From: Balanoglossus misakiensis
Taxonomy: Eukaryota; Animalia; Hemichordata
DNA: 64,000 bases
NCBI GenBank assembly: GCA_040954595.2
Contig: CM082589.2
Coordinates: forward strand, 8,440,232-8,504,231
Reading direction: 5' to 3'
A program made the position numbers and the translations under genes. Each line of letters starts with the position of its first letter. Within the stretch, counting starts at the first letter, position 1. The notes beneath the pieces were generated by a model that had not been told where the DNA came from, searched no databases, and saw only the letters and a list, made by a program, of their open reading frames with translations. Positions 13,985 through 34,607 of the stretch are shown here, in pieces.

Positions 13985-15276
13985 TTAGTGTACACGGTAA
14001 GATTACTCTCGTGTTTATACAATCTTTGTGATATCCTTCATGGGCAACTGTGTATTTAGACCGCTGTAAAAGTTAAATGTTTTAGTGGCATATGTTGCTT
14101 CACATTTCATGGCCGGCAGCATGAGAGCTGAAAATCGTGAAAAAATGCGCCATTTGGCAGGTATAGAGGCTGAGCCTTTAATGTTTAATAGACTTCTATT
14201 GCGCCTTTTCTACATTACAATATTCAAAAGCGCTTTACAATAAAAATAAGACATATAAAAACCAAACCATCTACAATACAGCGTTGTTGTCATAAGGCAG
14301 CGATCAAAACTTTTCTTACACTTGTGTAATCAGGCTGTGACGCGACATGCCAATGTGTTTGAATATAAGAAGAAATACTGAACTGTGTTGTTATGATGTC
14401 TACGTTTTCATTGGTTCAGTGACCAGGTGAACCGCATTTCTTTTGTTTAACCCGCCGAGTGATCAGGTGTTAATGAATTATGTATTTTTTTGGTATAAAA
14501 GGCACGTACATCGCCACGTTGCCTTGCTGCTACTTGTATACTAGGTTGGTACGCCATGCTGTCTCCACGTTGATAAGTTTATACCCGACCTTATGTGTGT
14601 GTGTACCTATGCGTGGTCCCGTCAACATGCGCTAGGACTCCGGTCACAGCCCGAGGGATGCTACGTTCTGCTGGACTTTCACGAAAATACCGTTTTCGAA
14701 GTTTTGGAAGTTCCGTGAGTACACAACGACGGCACATTCTGATACATGCGTCTTGACGGAAATGGTTCATGATCACTGGTATAATTGAGGGCCCACAGTG
14801 TTGTCAAATAGAAGCTAATGCTACATGTAAATTGTATGTAAATTAATATGCAAATTAGCCTTGACTCCATGATTTTGTCGTAGGGAGAACCCTGGATACG
14901 TATAACAACTGCTCGGTTGTTTTTCCCCATAGCGTCACACGGGCACGCTATTCTAGGAATATGATTAGAAACATTGCATCCCTGTTAGTCTCTCTGTACG
15001 TCCCTTTCGATTAAATTTTAATCCAAAGATACAATTTACGGCGTTTTAGGACACTAAAATACGCTTCGTGTTACAACCTGTTGGCTTTAACCCTTTCAAC
15101 GTCGATAGTCAACTTGTCATCTTTCTACATACAAAAATAAACCCTCAATATTATGTTCAATTACGTTAGGAAAACCAGGAGAGGAAAATTGGAGTAAATA
15201 TTAAAATGTTGCACCACACTTTGACTGAGAAAATGTGGCGTTCAAAGGGTTCACGATTGATTGTTAATGTGAAGTG

Positions 15277-17722
15277 TAGCAACAGATGGGACTTATACAT
15301 TCATTTTACAGCCCTTGTTGGAATGCGACCCACTTTTCAACGTCACCGTGGCGTTCGATGTTTAAAGACATGCTTCATCACCAAGAGTTGACCGGTCAAG
15401 TGAATACAAACAATTGAATACAATCGCATAGTAGTACCGTTTATAGTACTTAAGTATCTCAATGCATCAAACAGCACATTTTACCGTTTTATGGCAAGCA
15501 TACTTCAATTAATCATTTCTTGGTACTCAACCCAGAAAGTGATAATCTATCTCCATACTCTTCTAAGTTGAATCACCTTTATCGCAGTTTACGTACGGTT
15601 GCCCAAAATGTGTTTGATACTTGTACAGTCAACCACTATATTATTATATTATGATTGCAACTTGAAAATAAACAATATAAAGAATTAGGGTGCCAGTGAG
15701 TATCCAATAACACAGTGATTCATTATAACAGATTATATATGCAAACATTGATTACTAGTATTAAAGTAATATAAGAATTTGCTAACGTTTGTCAAATCAA
15801 CAACTTTTTGACACTTAAATATCTCAGTAACATTATTACATACTCGGTGTATAGCTTACGATTGGTTGCGTCGCAACGGAAATATCACTCAATTGACCGA
15901 CCGGCCGGCAGACTGATTAATCAATTAATCGATCAATTAATCAATCAATTAATCGGTCAATCGAATTTATATAGCATCGAACTCTTATCCGTAGTGAGGG
16001 CCAAGATATGTAGTGATGCAATGAACGGTTCATCTATAAAGTAAACTAAAGTGCAAATGTTTTTCTAAAAGTGGGTGATTGTTGACTTTGATCACAAATT
16101 CGACATTCTGCCTAAAATCGCTATGAAATTATGAACAATATGAATATAAAACGTAAATTCGTAAAATATGAGAAATTTGCGTAATGACAACGACAGATTG
16201 CTTCGAGTATTTTGACCATACGAATTATTGAAATAAATTAATATCAAGACACGGCAACTTAAAATTTGGCGTCTCAGTATCATTGCAAAGACACGGAAAA
16301 TTCCTGCCATGCAGGTGCCAAATATTTATTGTGGTCGTAAAGCTGATAGCCTACGTTTAATTTAAGTCATGGATTCCGTCTAGAATACAAGTTATGTTTC
16401 TGATAGTATACTCCTTACATTGTATGACAGTCTTACGTTCAGTCTTTCAACAGATTTTGTTGTGGATACAGAATCTATATTTAATGCAGTATATTAGTTT
16501 TTTTCCAGCACTGTGACCGACTTGATCAAAAACGAAACGGTAGAACTTGATAGATTATCGTACAAATACCATAAAACTCTGAAGAGTTTGCGTTGTTGTG
16601 CTACTTGGTATCTAAATGGTTATAGACATTTGTGTCTTCTTTGCCTCTGATGTGTTCTCCAATAATCCTAGTTTCCCCTTCTCGAACAGTTACTCGGTCA
16701 AAAACGAAACGGTAGAACTTGATAGATTATCTTACAAACACCATAAAACTCTGAAGATTTTGCGTTGTTGTGTTACTTAGTATAAATGTTTGTACATGCT
16801 TTCCTTTGGTGTGCACTCGAATGAAAACAGTTTTCTCTCTTCTTCTTGAAAACTACTGTGTTGGACAGTGACTCTAATTACCGTTAGCGTGTCAGAATAT
16901 ATTTGTCTAAATTCAGGCTATTTTTTCCACTGATAATACTACCACATTTAGGAAATTGAGCAGGTATACTTTGTGTGCCACACAACCCAGTCTTCTTCAT
17001 AGTAGTGCTGTAATATTCATCAAAATATATGTGCCAGTGACCCTTACATTATATCGCTAAGCTTTCGTTTTGGCCGAGGGCCAACACTATTGTAATAAAC
17101 TGCAAGGATTTTTTATATTTATTTATTAATAAGTCTGTCATTGGAATTAGAGCGATTTTATGATAATTCAGCTAAACCCGGGTCTACGCCACCGCTTAAA
17201 TAATCAAACGTTCATGTAATTTCAAACCAAACAACGTTGTCGATTTATTCAAAGTTTAAAGTGATATCGAAGTATTCGAATTGATAGACAATGGTTCATT
17301 TCTATTATTAGAAGAACCACCTGTGAATGTGGACGCAATTTGCCAAAATGTCAGTATTTAACGAACGTGACACAACACACACTCAAACACACCCCTTCCA
17401 CGCAGAATAACTCCAGAGTTTGCGGGCGATAGCAGGGTCCCTATTGGCCTGGTTTGCTTGTATCCGATCGGTGTGAGGTTCGAACTCGTGCGAGCCAATC
17501 ATAGCAGGCGTTACCCATCATTTAGGTAAACACGAACATCTAATATGGCGCCGACCAGCTGCAGCTCCCGGCTCAGTTGATGAACACACACGTCACAACA
17601 GAACCTATTTCCACCGAAGTCCTGTCACAGTACTTGCTGATCACACTGAATTAATCCCGTTATGATGTGAAGTGAGAGACCTCGATTTTAATCAGTCGCC
17701 ATTTCATCAATCTGGGATACTC
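15277..17722 (+). repeat. 2.5-kb direct segmental duplication, copy 2
   Basis: Matches 10447-12999. It lacks ~95 bp (equivalent to ~10682-10775) and ~40 bp (equivalent to ~12227-12264). Confidence 0.92.
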
Positions 17723-18343
17723 CTTCCAACCGCAATTTGTTCTTGTTGTAAATTGGAGTAACACTTTGAAGTCTGCTTTCTTTTTATGAACGATACCCAT
17801 ACAGTCACTGTTTGTGTTGAGGGTATTTTTAAATTTTTGAAGGGTTGTTTTTTTCCGATTGGACTTCTTAATTTAAAGGAAAATGTGTCGTGTTTTTAGG
17901 GATAGTCTTAGACCAAAGTTTCTTTTTAAAGCGGTTATCGAAGCAAACGGCGCAGGGTAACCATTTGTTCTTTTTTGGGTATAGGGTAGGAGTAATTGTT
18001 TCTGTAGGCGTTTTAAAAATTATTTATTGATAGGAGAATCCTGTCTTCAGTGGGTAGATAATCTCCTTGAAGAATTTACTGCGCGCGCAGACCTCTAATT
18101 TCAATGTCGGTGCTGTTGACCACAGCAGCAGAGAAGTGTGGGTTCATTGTACACTAACTTTGAAACGTTTCACCGAATTTATATTTGTGTTAAATTCAAT
18201 TCATTTTATTGACTTATACAGAGAAAAGATACAACAACAGTGGCGACAAAAAACACACATTCTAAGAGTCACAAATTTTTTAATTGGTAAAATCCCCTAC
18301 TTTTCAGTATGCTTAGCCATTAAACAAACACTATTCTCTATTG

Positions 18344-18740
18344 TAGTCTAGAATCTATCCGTTCGTAGTCGCATTCACCCTACTACCGTCTAGGAACGCA
18401 TAACCAAAATCTAGTAAGGCCATAAAAATGGTAATTTGAATGTGAATAGTCTCCAACTGAGCAATCTGACGTCAAGCGTCACCACGTGATCATGATTATG
18501 TATCATTCGGGGCGGAGCTACATTGTAAACATAATTAACATTCAACGTCATCACCTCATTAACATTGATAGCCAATCAGTAGTCGGTCAACGTAAGTGAT
18601 TGACTTCTCTGACGTCAGACTGCTCAGTTGGAGACTATTCACATTCAAATTACCATTTTTATGGCCTTACTAGATTTTGGTTATGCGTTCCTAGACGGTA
18701 GTAGGGTGAATGCGACTACGAACGGATAGATTCTAGACTA
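18344..18740. mobile_element. Young fold-back DNA transposon with ~130-bp TIRs and 9-bp TSD (AcademH/MULE-like non-autonomous)
   Basis: TAGTCTAGAATC..GATTCTAGACTA, with arms identical except one mismatch. TCTCTATTG is duplicated at 18335-18343 and 18741-18749. Confidence 0.88.
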
Positions 18741-19773
18741 TCTCTATTGTAAAACAACATTAACATGAGATTTAGGCCCAAGTTACATGATGTGAGAAAA
18801 ACTATGTAAATTCTTGCATCTAAAATGTAATACAAGAATTTTCTCATAAATATGTGTAATCTTTGCCTTTGGTATGGACAAAAAACTTAAAAGTTTTATT
18901 TCCTGTCTAGTTAAGTACAAGACTGCAGTGAATTTGATCAATTTGCACGGAAGAAATTTGATAAACTAAAGGTCTCATTTGCACATTTTCGTATCAGCCT
19001 TAAAATTATATTGGCATGAAAATACGAATCAGTAAGACGTCCAGTTCAGTCGGGAAGCGGCTTTGAACGTGGAATTCGGTAAATAATGGTTTATTTGTAT
19101 AGCAAGTATATATCTTTGTAATGTCGTTAGCATTTTACAATTTCAATCAGTCCTGAATATCAAAGTTACATAGCCTTTTTTCAAAACGTACGCATGCTAT
19201 CTTAAATGTTACCAGTACCAGCGACAGAATAAAAAAATAATTTACAAACATCATAAAATGTGCGTGGGAGTATGTTAATTGGTCATTAACTTGAAATCTT
19301 TGCGTTGGTGTGAAGTCGAAAACGGTTTTCCTTTCTCTTCTAGAACAAAAGTAGAAAACATAAATGGCAAAGAAGGGACCATTTCAAATTGTATTGTAGC
19401 AAATGAAATCAAAATGGCCATGACTGGTCATTTTTGTGTCAAGTTGATGTGGAATGTTTTGCAATGACGTGTAGACGGTGGAAGGGTCTCTAGCTAGGGA
19501 GGGTGTAAGAATGGGCGTGCGCAAGTGGGCATAATCACGGGGCCACCGGTCGAGTGGGCGGGCCCCACGATCACAACATTCATAATTGCAAACAACCAAC
19601 CACAGTCCCGGAACTTTAAATAAGGGAGTGTAGGCCCACTTTCTAAAGTCGGGCAGTTTGCCATCAGATTTAGTCCGGGTATTTAGTTCAGAGCGTAGGT
19701 GTCGGGAACCTTTATAAGTGATTGAATCGCGCACTTCGCTCTTGTCAGGGTAGAATCGTCGTCCGTCAGCGTC

Positions 19774-27720
<7,947 letters not shown>

Positions 27721-27820
27721 GTAAGTTGCGCGTGCGAATATACCGTACAAAGAAAAGGCCCCACGTCAACGAACCAACCGATTAATGTCATCAACCAATT
27801 CATCAACCAACTACAAGCCG

Positions 27821-27821
<1 letters not shown>

Positions 27822-27876
<55 letters not shown>

Positions 27877-27887
27877 GTCAGTCAGTC
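27822..27887. repeat. (CAAT)n/(CAGT)n microsatellite
   Basis: Direct reading. Confidence 0.9.
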
Positions 27888-29220
27888 ATTATCGTAAAAC
27901 AGTCGGGAAAGACGCCGCTTTCATAAAAACAAAGGATTTGTAATTTCGAACGTTGGCGATATTTTGATGGATAGACACAGGCAACTAACGCAGAGCTTGT
28001 GGCCTATGGCCAGTGCCCCTGTGCTGGAAAGTGTGAATAACCACTTAATTTGTGTTTTCAACGTGGAAAATCAGTAGTGATGAAAGTTCTTGTGACTGTG
28101 AGTTCACATGTGTATTCCAAAATCAAAGATGGCCCAGTGTTTTTTAACTTTTTTAACTTACTCAAATTCGAAAATTAGATCTGGTTTGCATGATGTTTAA
28201 CATAGCTCGTTTGATGTTAATTTTTGATATGATGCAGACATAGGTCAAACACAGACCATTGCTTTTTTACAATTTACATAAAAAAGCCCATAAGTTTACC
28301 TGCAGTGTCAATGTCGTCTGCTTGGTGCGCGTTCGCCCGCGATCTCTTCTAACCCTTCGGAGTTGATACTAAGTTAGGGAGTCTGGTTTCTACTGAAGCC
28401 AAAGCGAAAGCAGTATGACATGTCGGGAAATACCAGAATCTATTTTGAATGAAGCTTTATCAGGAATTGGCCGGCATTATTTCCACTTTTGCCCGAATAG
28501 TAAACATAGAAAAAAACGTGCAACCGAGGAACAGAGTCGCCATTTCTTGACTCTTCATTTTAGAAGCTCTATTATTTTGCATACTAATTTATCGAAGGCA
28601 TGGGCCCAGTATAAATATTCAGAGACTAGTTCTGGCAATTGTCAATCATTGTCATGAAAATATTTCCATGTAATTCACACACTCAGAAAAATGTGAATTA
28701 AGCCGAAAGTCGGTGATATTTCAGTAAACAGCAACAGAAGCAAGTTGTGATGTGAAATAAATAGAGAGATGGATGTGTGGATAATTCAATAAATGAAAAC
28801 ATAAGCGATTTTTATTAATTTAATGATATTATTCTGACTTCCACAAATAAATTTACATGGGCATTTCCTACGACTGTTTTGTCAAGAATGGTATACATAT
28901 AGATAACGCTTTGTGACTAAGTTATTCTATATTTCATACAAAACAAAATTCAATAAAAAAAAACAAAATAACAAAGAATGCTACTTAAAATAATAAATTT
29001 ATCTTTACGTACTCAGGGTCATGAACACATTAACAAGAGATCCGCCAAGCTACAGATCACTTTTTTCACAGAACAATAATTGATAAATCACAGACTTTAC
29101 CGCCATTATCGACAAAATGTTAACATAGCTGGCGGGGAAAAAATTATGTAAAGCTACATATTTCCCAGTTGTGCCACAAAAGATCTTTAGAAGCCATAGT
29201 TTTGTGTATTTTGTGATCAT

Positions 29221-32077
29221 TTATTTACTTGTGTCGCCCTCAGTACTCTTGGCTTGATAATCTACATCAATGTACTTGTGGAATTCTCGAGCTATGTTAG
29301 CAGTCTTGACGGCTGCTTCTTCCGCTAAATCTAAAATCTTGCTGCTTAGAGCCCCATCCCCGTGACCAGTGCCCGATCCCACCAATTCACGCGACAAACC
29401 CACCCAGTGAGTATAGTTGGATAATAACTCCGAGTCCAGTACCCATCCGTTTTCCTTAGCATTATACCCAGGCTGAATTTCGACCAGGAACAGGAAGAGC
29501 TTTCCAAATTTTTTCGGGAAATCATTCCAGCCACACTTTTCGGTGATTTGCCTAAGCCCGGCGGGAACGTCACTATCTGTTACGCGAAAGAACATACTAG
29601 TGTCCCGCGACTGAGATACTGCATGGTAGTGACACTTCTCGAAGTCAGACACGCATTTATGCAATACTGCGCAGGCTGTTCGGAGCAACTGCTTTGCGCT
29701 GCTTTGGATATCATTAGAATATTCTCGGCACGAATCACCATTTGACACTTTGCTAAACACGTTCATGTAGTCACCATACAGATCTCTCACTGCTTCAATT
29801 TCAGGGGCCACGATCTCGTCTAGGTCTTCCTGTAACTGTCTAACTCTGGCATTTATTTCACTGTTATTTCCGCCACGTTTCTGTTCGAGTAATCTCAGTT
29901 TGTTGGTGATGTTGTAAGAAATTTTGGCGCAATCGCTAAACCATTCTGGTTTAAACTTCTCCTTGTCATTACAGCGTTTGAGAATTTTCAGAAGTTTCTC
30001 CGAGCCCTTCAAGGATCTGCAGTCAGCGGCCATTGCATATTCTTTTCGTGCCTTTTCAGTTTCTTCCATTTCTTCATACTGATCGCCGTTTTCAATGTGG
30101 TATAAAGCATTTTTCATCGGCTCGCTCTCTTCATCATCAGAGTATTGAACTGAGTCTAAATACTCCCTTTCTTTTGAAGCATTGTTGGTTTGGTTGAAAA
30201 GCTCTGCCAGTTTAAATGCAACAAAGTCAGTTTTCTGAACTTCGTAGGCTTTTTCGTAGTAAAAGCACGCGCTGTCCAAATGTCCCATTTCGACATAAAT
30301 CCAACCGATTAGCCTCAAAGCTTCTGCATTTTTCGGATTTGCGGATACTTCTGTTAATTTTCTCTTAAGCAAGATTTTAGCCGCTTTCTGTCCGCTGTGA
30401 CAATCCGGATAAGCTGCCAGGGCTTTCTTGAAATGATCAATTGCTTTGACCTTATCATCCTTCTTATTTAGCCTTTCTAAAAATTTTGCAATATTTAGAT
30501 GGGCATCGGAGGTCTCGAGTTTGTCATTGGCTTTGCTTAACAGTTGCCTAAATTCTTCCCTCGCGTTCTGATTGCCATTCAAACCAGCGTAGGCGTGTAC
30601 CTTATCGCGAAAAGCTGCGTACCTTGTAGGTTGAAGCTCCAATGCTTGGTCAAAATAGTCCTTGGCTTTCTGCAGAAAAAAATTCTTTTCAACCGGGACC
30701 CCTTTCTTTTTTTCAGAAATTTGTTCGTAGGCTTTACCGATCTGGTGATGAATGAATGCGGATTTTGGATCAAGTTTGAGAGCTTTCACGAAAGTATCAA
30801 GAGCTTCATCAAGCTTGTCTGTCTTGAGGAAGTGCTCGGCCACTCGTTGAACTGTTGTGACGTCATTACCGCCATCTTTGAGCGCTTTTTCATAATGAAA
30901 CGTCGCCTCCAAATCCGCTTTCCTGACGCTCAGGGCCCTCGCTAAGTGAACTCGCGCAAAGGCATTCTCGTGATTTAATTGAAGTATTTTTCGCAGCAAT
31001 GTTTCCCTTTTTAAAGCCCCCTGTTCCTGACCAAGGCACTGAAAGTTAGCATCTAGCTTGCTGAAACACAAGGCAAGACCAAGTAACCACTCTTCATTCT
31101 TTGAGAACACATTCAGAGCATTCTGGTAACGCTCTGTTGCTCGTTCGAACTTACAAGGGCCTAGCCAACTGAGAGCGAAAGCTTCATTGGCATTGATATA
31201 CGCCATAGCCTTCTTGCATTCCAAATAACCCCTCTTTCCTTCTAACTGTTCTGTGACACGCTGTGCTTCCTCTGTGTCCCCCATTAACAGCAAAACCCGT
31301 GCTTTATTGGCCAGCGTCACTATCAGATTCCCCGCGTCGGCTGCATCTCCCGCGGAAGTATCGGAAATGTCAGTAAGCGCTCTGTCAAGCCACATCAGCG
31401 CCGCCACCGGGTCTTTCTCTCCCGTTGGATTCAGAGGTGACACGCAGAGATAACCACGAAATGTTTTCGCCGGGACTGGGGACAAGTCTCCGTGGTCCTT
31501 CAAATGATTATCCAAGTAATGCACGACCCCCTGAAATTGAAGAATCCTAGATATTCACAGACTACCTGTTCAAGACCAGTTAAAGGCAATAGATCGTCTC
31601 ACGCACATGCGCGTAACTTCCCAGCAAATTTTCCGCTCGATGGCGATGTATTCAAATAGTGGACTGACTTTGCTTCTTTCCATATTTCATGCGCACCGTA
31701 TAAGTAGAATCTGGTTTTGTCCCTCCTTTTCACCCAAGCTAGTGTCTTTTCCCGATCTCCGACACAGATTATGGTCGCCGCCATCTTCTCTGTTGTTAGG
31801 ACAGAGCACTGCCTTATGAGATTAACTGTTGAGTTCACTAAACGTCTGTAACCAGCGGCTACAGCTGGAACATGTGTGTTAGACGAGCTAGGCGCTTTAA
31901 GCCGCGAAAATGTGTAGGGGCTATGGTCGAACAATTTCCCAGCCATTTTCCAACAAAAAAATGCATCTGCGTACGTACCTGTATGTCCCTGGAGAAGCCT
32001 TCTTCAAGATTCCAATGAAAGTGACAGGGGAAATCTTTCAAGATAACTTCAAGGTTCTCACCATCGCGAGTTGCCAT
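29221..32077 (-). CDS. IFIT-like TPR protein (paralog A, ~802 aa) with C-terminal extension ending in a degenerate HEPN-like domain
   Basis: Exon 32077-31979 (MATRDGENLEVILKDFPCHFHWNL, the IFIT CHFxW signature) splices in phase 0 to exon 31530-29221. IFIT-like segments run throughout: LIVTLANKARV..EEAQ, LRKILQLNHENAFARVHLA, KALKLDPKSAFIHHQIG, EALRLIGWIY..ACFYYEKA. The C-terminal domain has EIQPGY..W..ELLSNYTHW. Confidence 0.85.
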
Positions 32078-33659
32078 CGTTGTCTCAGGAATTCTCTCTA
32101 AAATGAGGGCACATAAAGCACATATTGATTTTGGCCATGAGGCACCGAACTTTACGCGTCAAAACGTTTGGGATACGCAGACCCATGGAGCTTGCGGCCA
32201 GAGTCGAATTAGGCTGAGGTATACCCCGGTAATATGTGCCGCCGAGACAGATTTACAGTAAAAACTTTCAATTCTTTGTTATATCAAAGAAGATATGGAA
32301 TCTTTTTGGAAATATAAAGAAGACATAGCTTTCACCGCTTTGATTTCACAAAAATCGCTACTTTAATTTTCTCCATGGAGTTAACACAGGGATTGACGGC
32401 TATTTTCAATTTCAAATCATCTAAGACAATTCGGCCTTCTCATTCCAAATTTTGTTCGGCGACCCCTAGTTTTTATTCTCAATTTTAAAGAGAATAGTCT
32501 AAATTTGCCCTGAGAAAAGTTTAAGTAAGACTTGGATTTCGAAAGGCGCATAATAACATCACCTTTTGTGCATAGAATTGGAACGATGTCAACCTCTGCC
32601 CTCGGTGACCTATTCATATTGTGTCTTTCATTAAACGACGGGGCTTGCATCGCCTTGAAGATTTGTGATTATTGGTTGTAGTTCAATATTACACGAAGTG
32701 TGAACGCCTCCCAAAGTTTGTCTCATTAATAACAGTGATCATACATCATATATTGTACGATATTGAATGTGCTCTTATAAGTACGGTGTGTCAATACTGA
32801 CCATAGAGGTCGGGACTGCTGTGCTGAGTGGTTTCGTACGGTTTTGCTATGCGCGCTAAGCCTAAACATTTCTCACCATTTATCGCTGAGTGGTGGTGAA
32901 TTTCAATCATCATTCGTTCTGGTTGAATTCAGGGGAAGAGAGAGGGGGAAGAGGGAGATACAACGACAGACAGAGAGACAGAAAGAGAAAGAGAGAAATT
33001 CTGGGGGGAGAGAGAGGGGGTAGAGAGAAAAACAACGACAGACAGAGAGACAGAAAGAGAAAGAGAAAGGGGACAGGTTGGTTCGTTGCCAAGTGAACTC
33101 TCGACTCAGCCAGTTTATGTCTCCAGTACGACAATCTTACTAAGCACTTTGTCAACACCAATGTTGCTTACCTTTGAGTTGACGTCAGGTCTGAAGTGAT
33201 GACTGCACACAGATCTACCAAAGAAAGCCAGTTAGCACTTAAACGACGCAAAAGCTTTAATACAACGTTGTGTTTCCGTCTGTCACTTTACGTAGAAAGT
33301 AAATTCGTAGAATTCGTATTGTACTCGCAGTGACCCATTTAGAGTCTGATTGCGCATGTGCATGAATGCCTGTACTGACCTTGTGTTCCCGTGTTCAACA
33401 CTGTTATATATAACAGGTACGCGAACAAAACAGTGTTATGCCTGTCAGGATAAACATACTATGTTATTATTCATATCATAAGCGAACTAATATAAACTTA
33501 CGGTAAGAAATATGCAGTTGTCAGATGAATAATTTTCCCGCAATCGTACTCCTTGTCCATGTAATCCCCTTCACACTGCGAACAAAAACGTAAAGACAAA
33601 ATCGCGTCAAGGACACAGTAGTCCCATTTAGGGATTACGCAAGAAAAGTACATATTCAG

Positions 33660-33960
33660 ACAGACACACATACACACACATACATACATAGTTACATACA
33701 TAGTTACATACATACAGTACATACATACATACAGTACATACATACATACATACACACATACACACACACACACACATACATACATACATACATACATACA
33801 TACATACATACATACATACATACATACATACATACATACATACATACATACATACATACATACATACATACATACATACATACATACATACATACATACA
33901 TACATACATACATACATACATACATACATACATACATACATACATACATACATACATACA
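33660..33960. repeat. (ATAC)n microsatellite
   Basis: Direct reading. It explains the MYVC ORFs. Confidence 0.95.
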
Positions 33961-34607
33961 AACACAGTGTTTTGAATATTTATGTGCAAACTTTTATTAG
34001 GGTCACAAGGGTATAGGTATTTTAATTTCCATTACTTTAAAACGTTGGTATGCATACAATTACATCAAACATAGTTTTACAGTAATGTAGTACAATACAA
34101 ATATTGATTGAGTTGATTAGATGAATTATGATACAATTTATACATAAATAAAGTTGACAGATCTTACTTTGGGAGAAAAACTTAACGTGTCCATTGTTCT
34201 GATTGCTGACAAAAATCTATAAAATTGTTTTCAATTGACAAAAACCATTGGTAAGACCTCCACTAACTGATTTCGAGCCCAGCTGTAGAAACAAGCTTTG
34301 CGACAAGAACTGTTTTCGCATCGAAAACTATCAAACAGTGGTAAATATCAGAGAATTACAATTAATATGATTATGATTAACGTGGATAATGCTACTCGAC
34401 TTTCAGGCTATAGTTTTTGCGCTATAATTTTAACGCTAAGGTTTTGAACTTTTATATTCCATACACGTGCAGTTTTTTTTTTTTGTTATCTCAACGCAAC
34501 CTTTATATACGGCACAAGTTCTGACGGTGATTCAGCACGGGGGGGGGGCGCACTTGGGCGATCAAACCGGCGTGCCGACACAAAAAAGCTTCACGTTGAC
34601 GCGGCCC

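Noticed and set aside
10447-17722. LTR retrotransposon interpretation of the direct repeats
   Set aside because: There are no TG..CA ends, PBS/PPT, TSD or gag/pol remnants in the 2.3-kb spacer.
33498-33989. MYVC-repeat ORFs
   Set aside because: These are translations of an (ATAC)n microsatellite.
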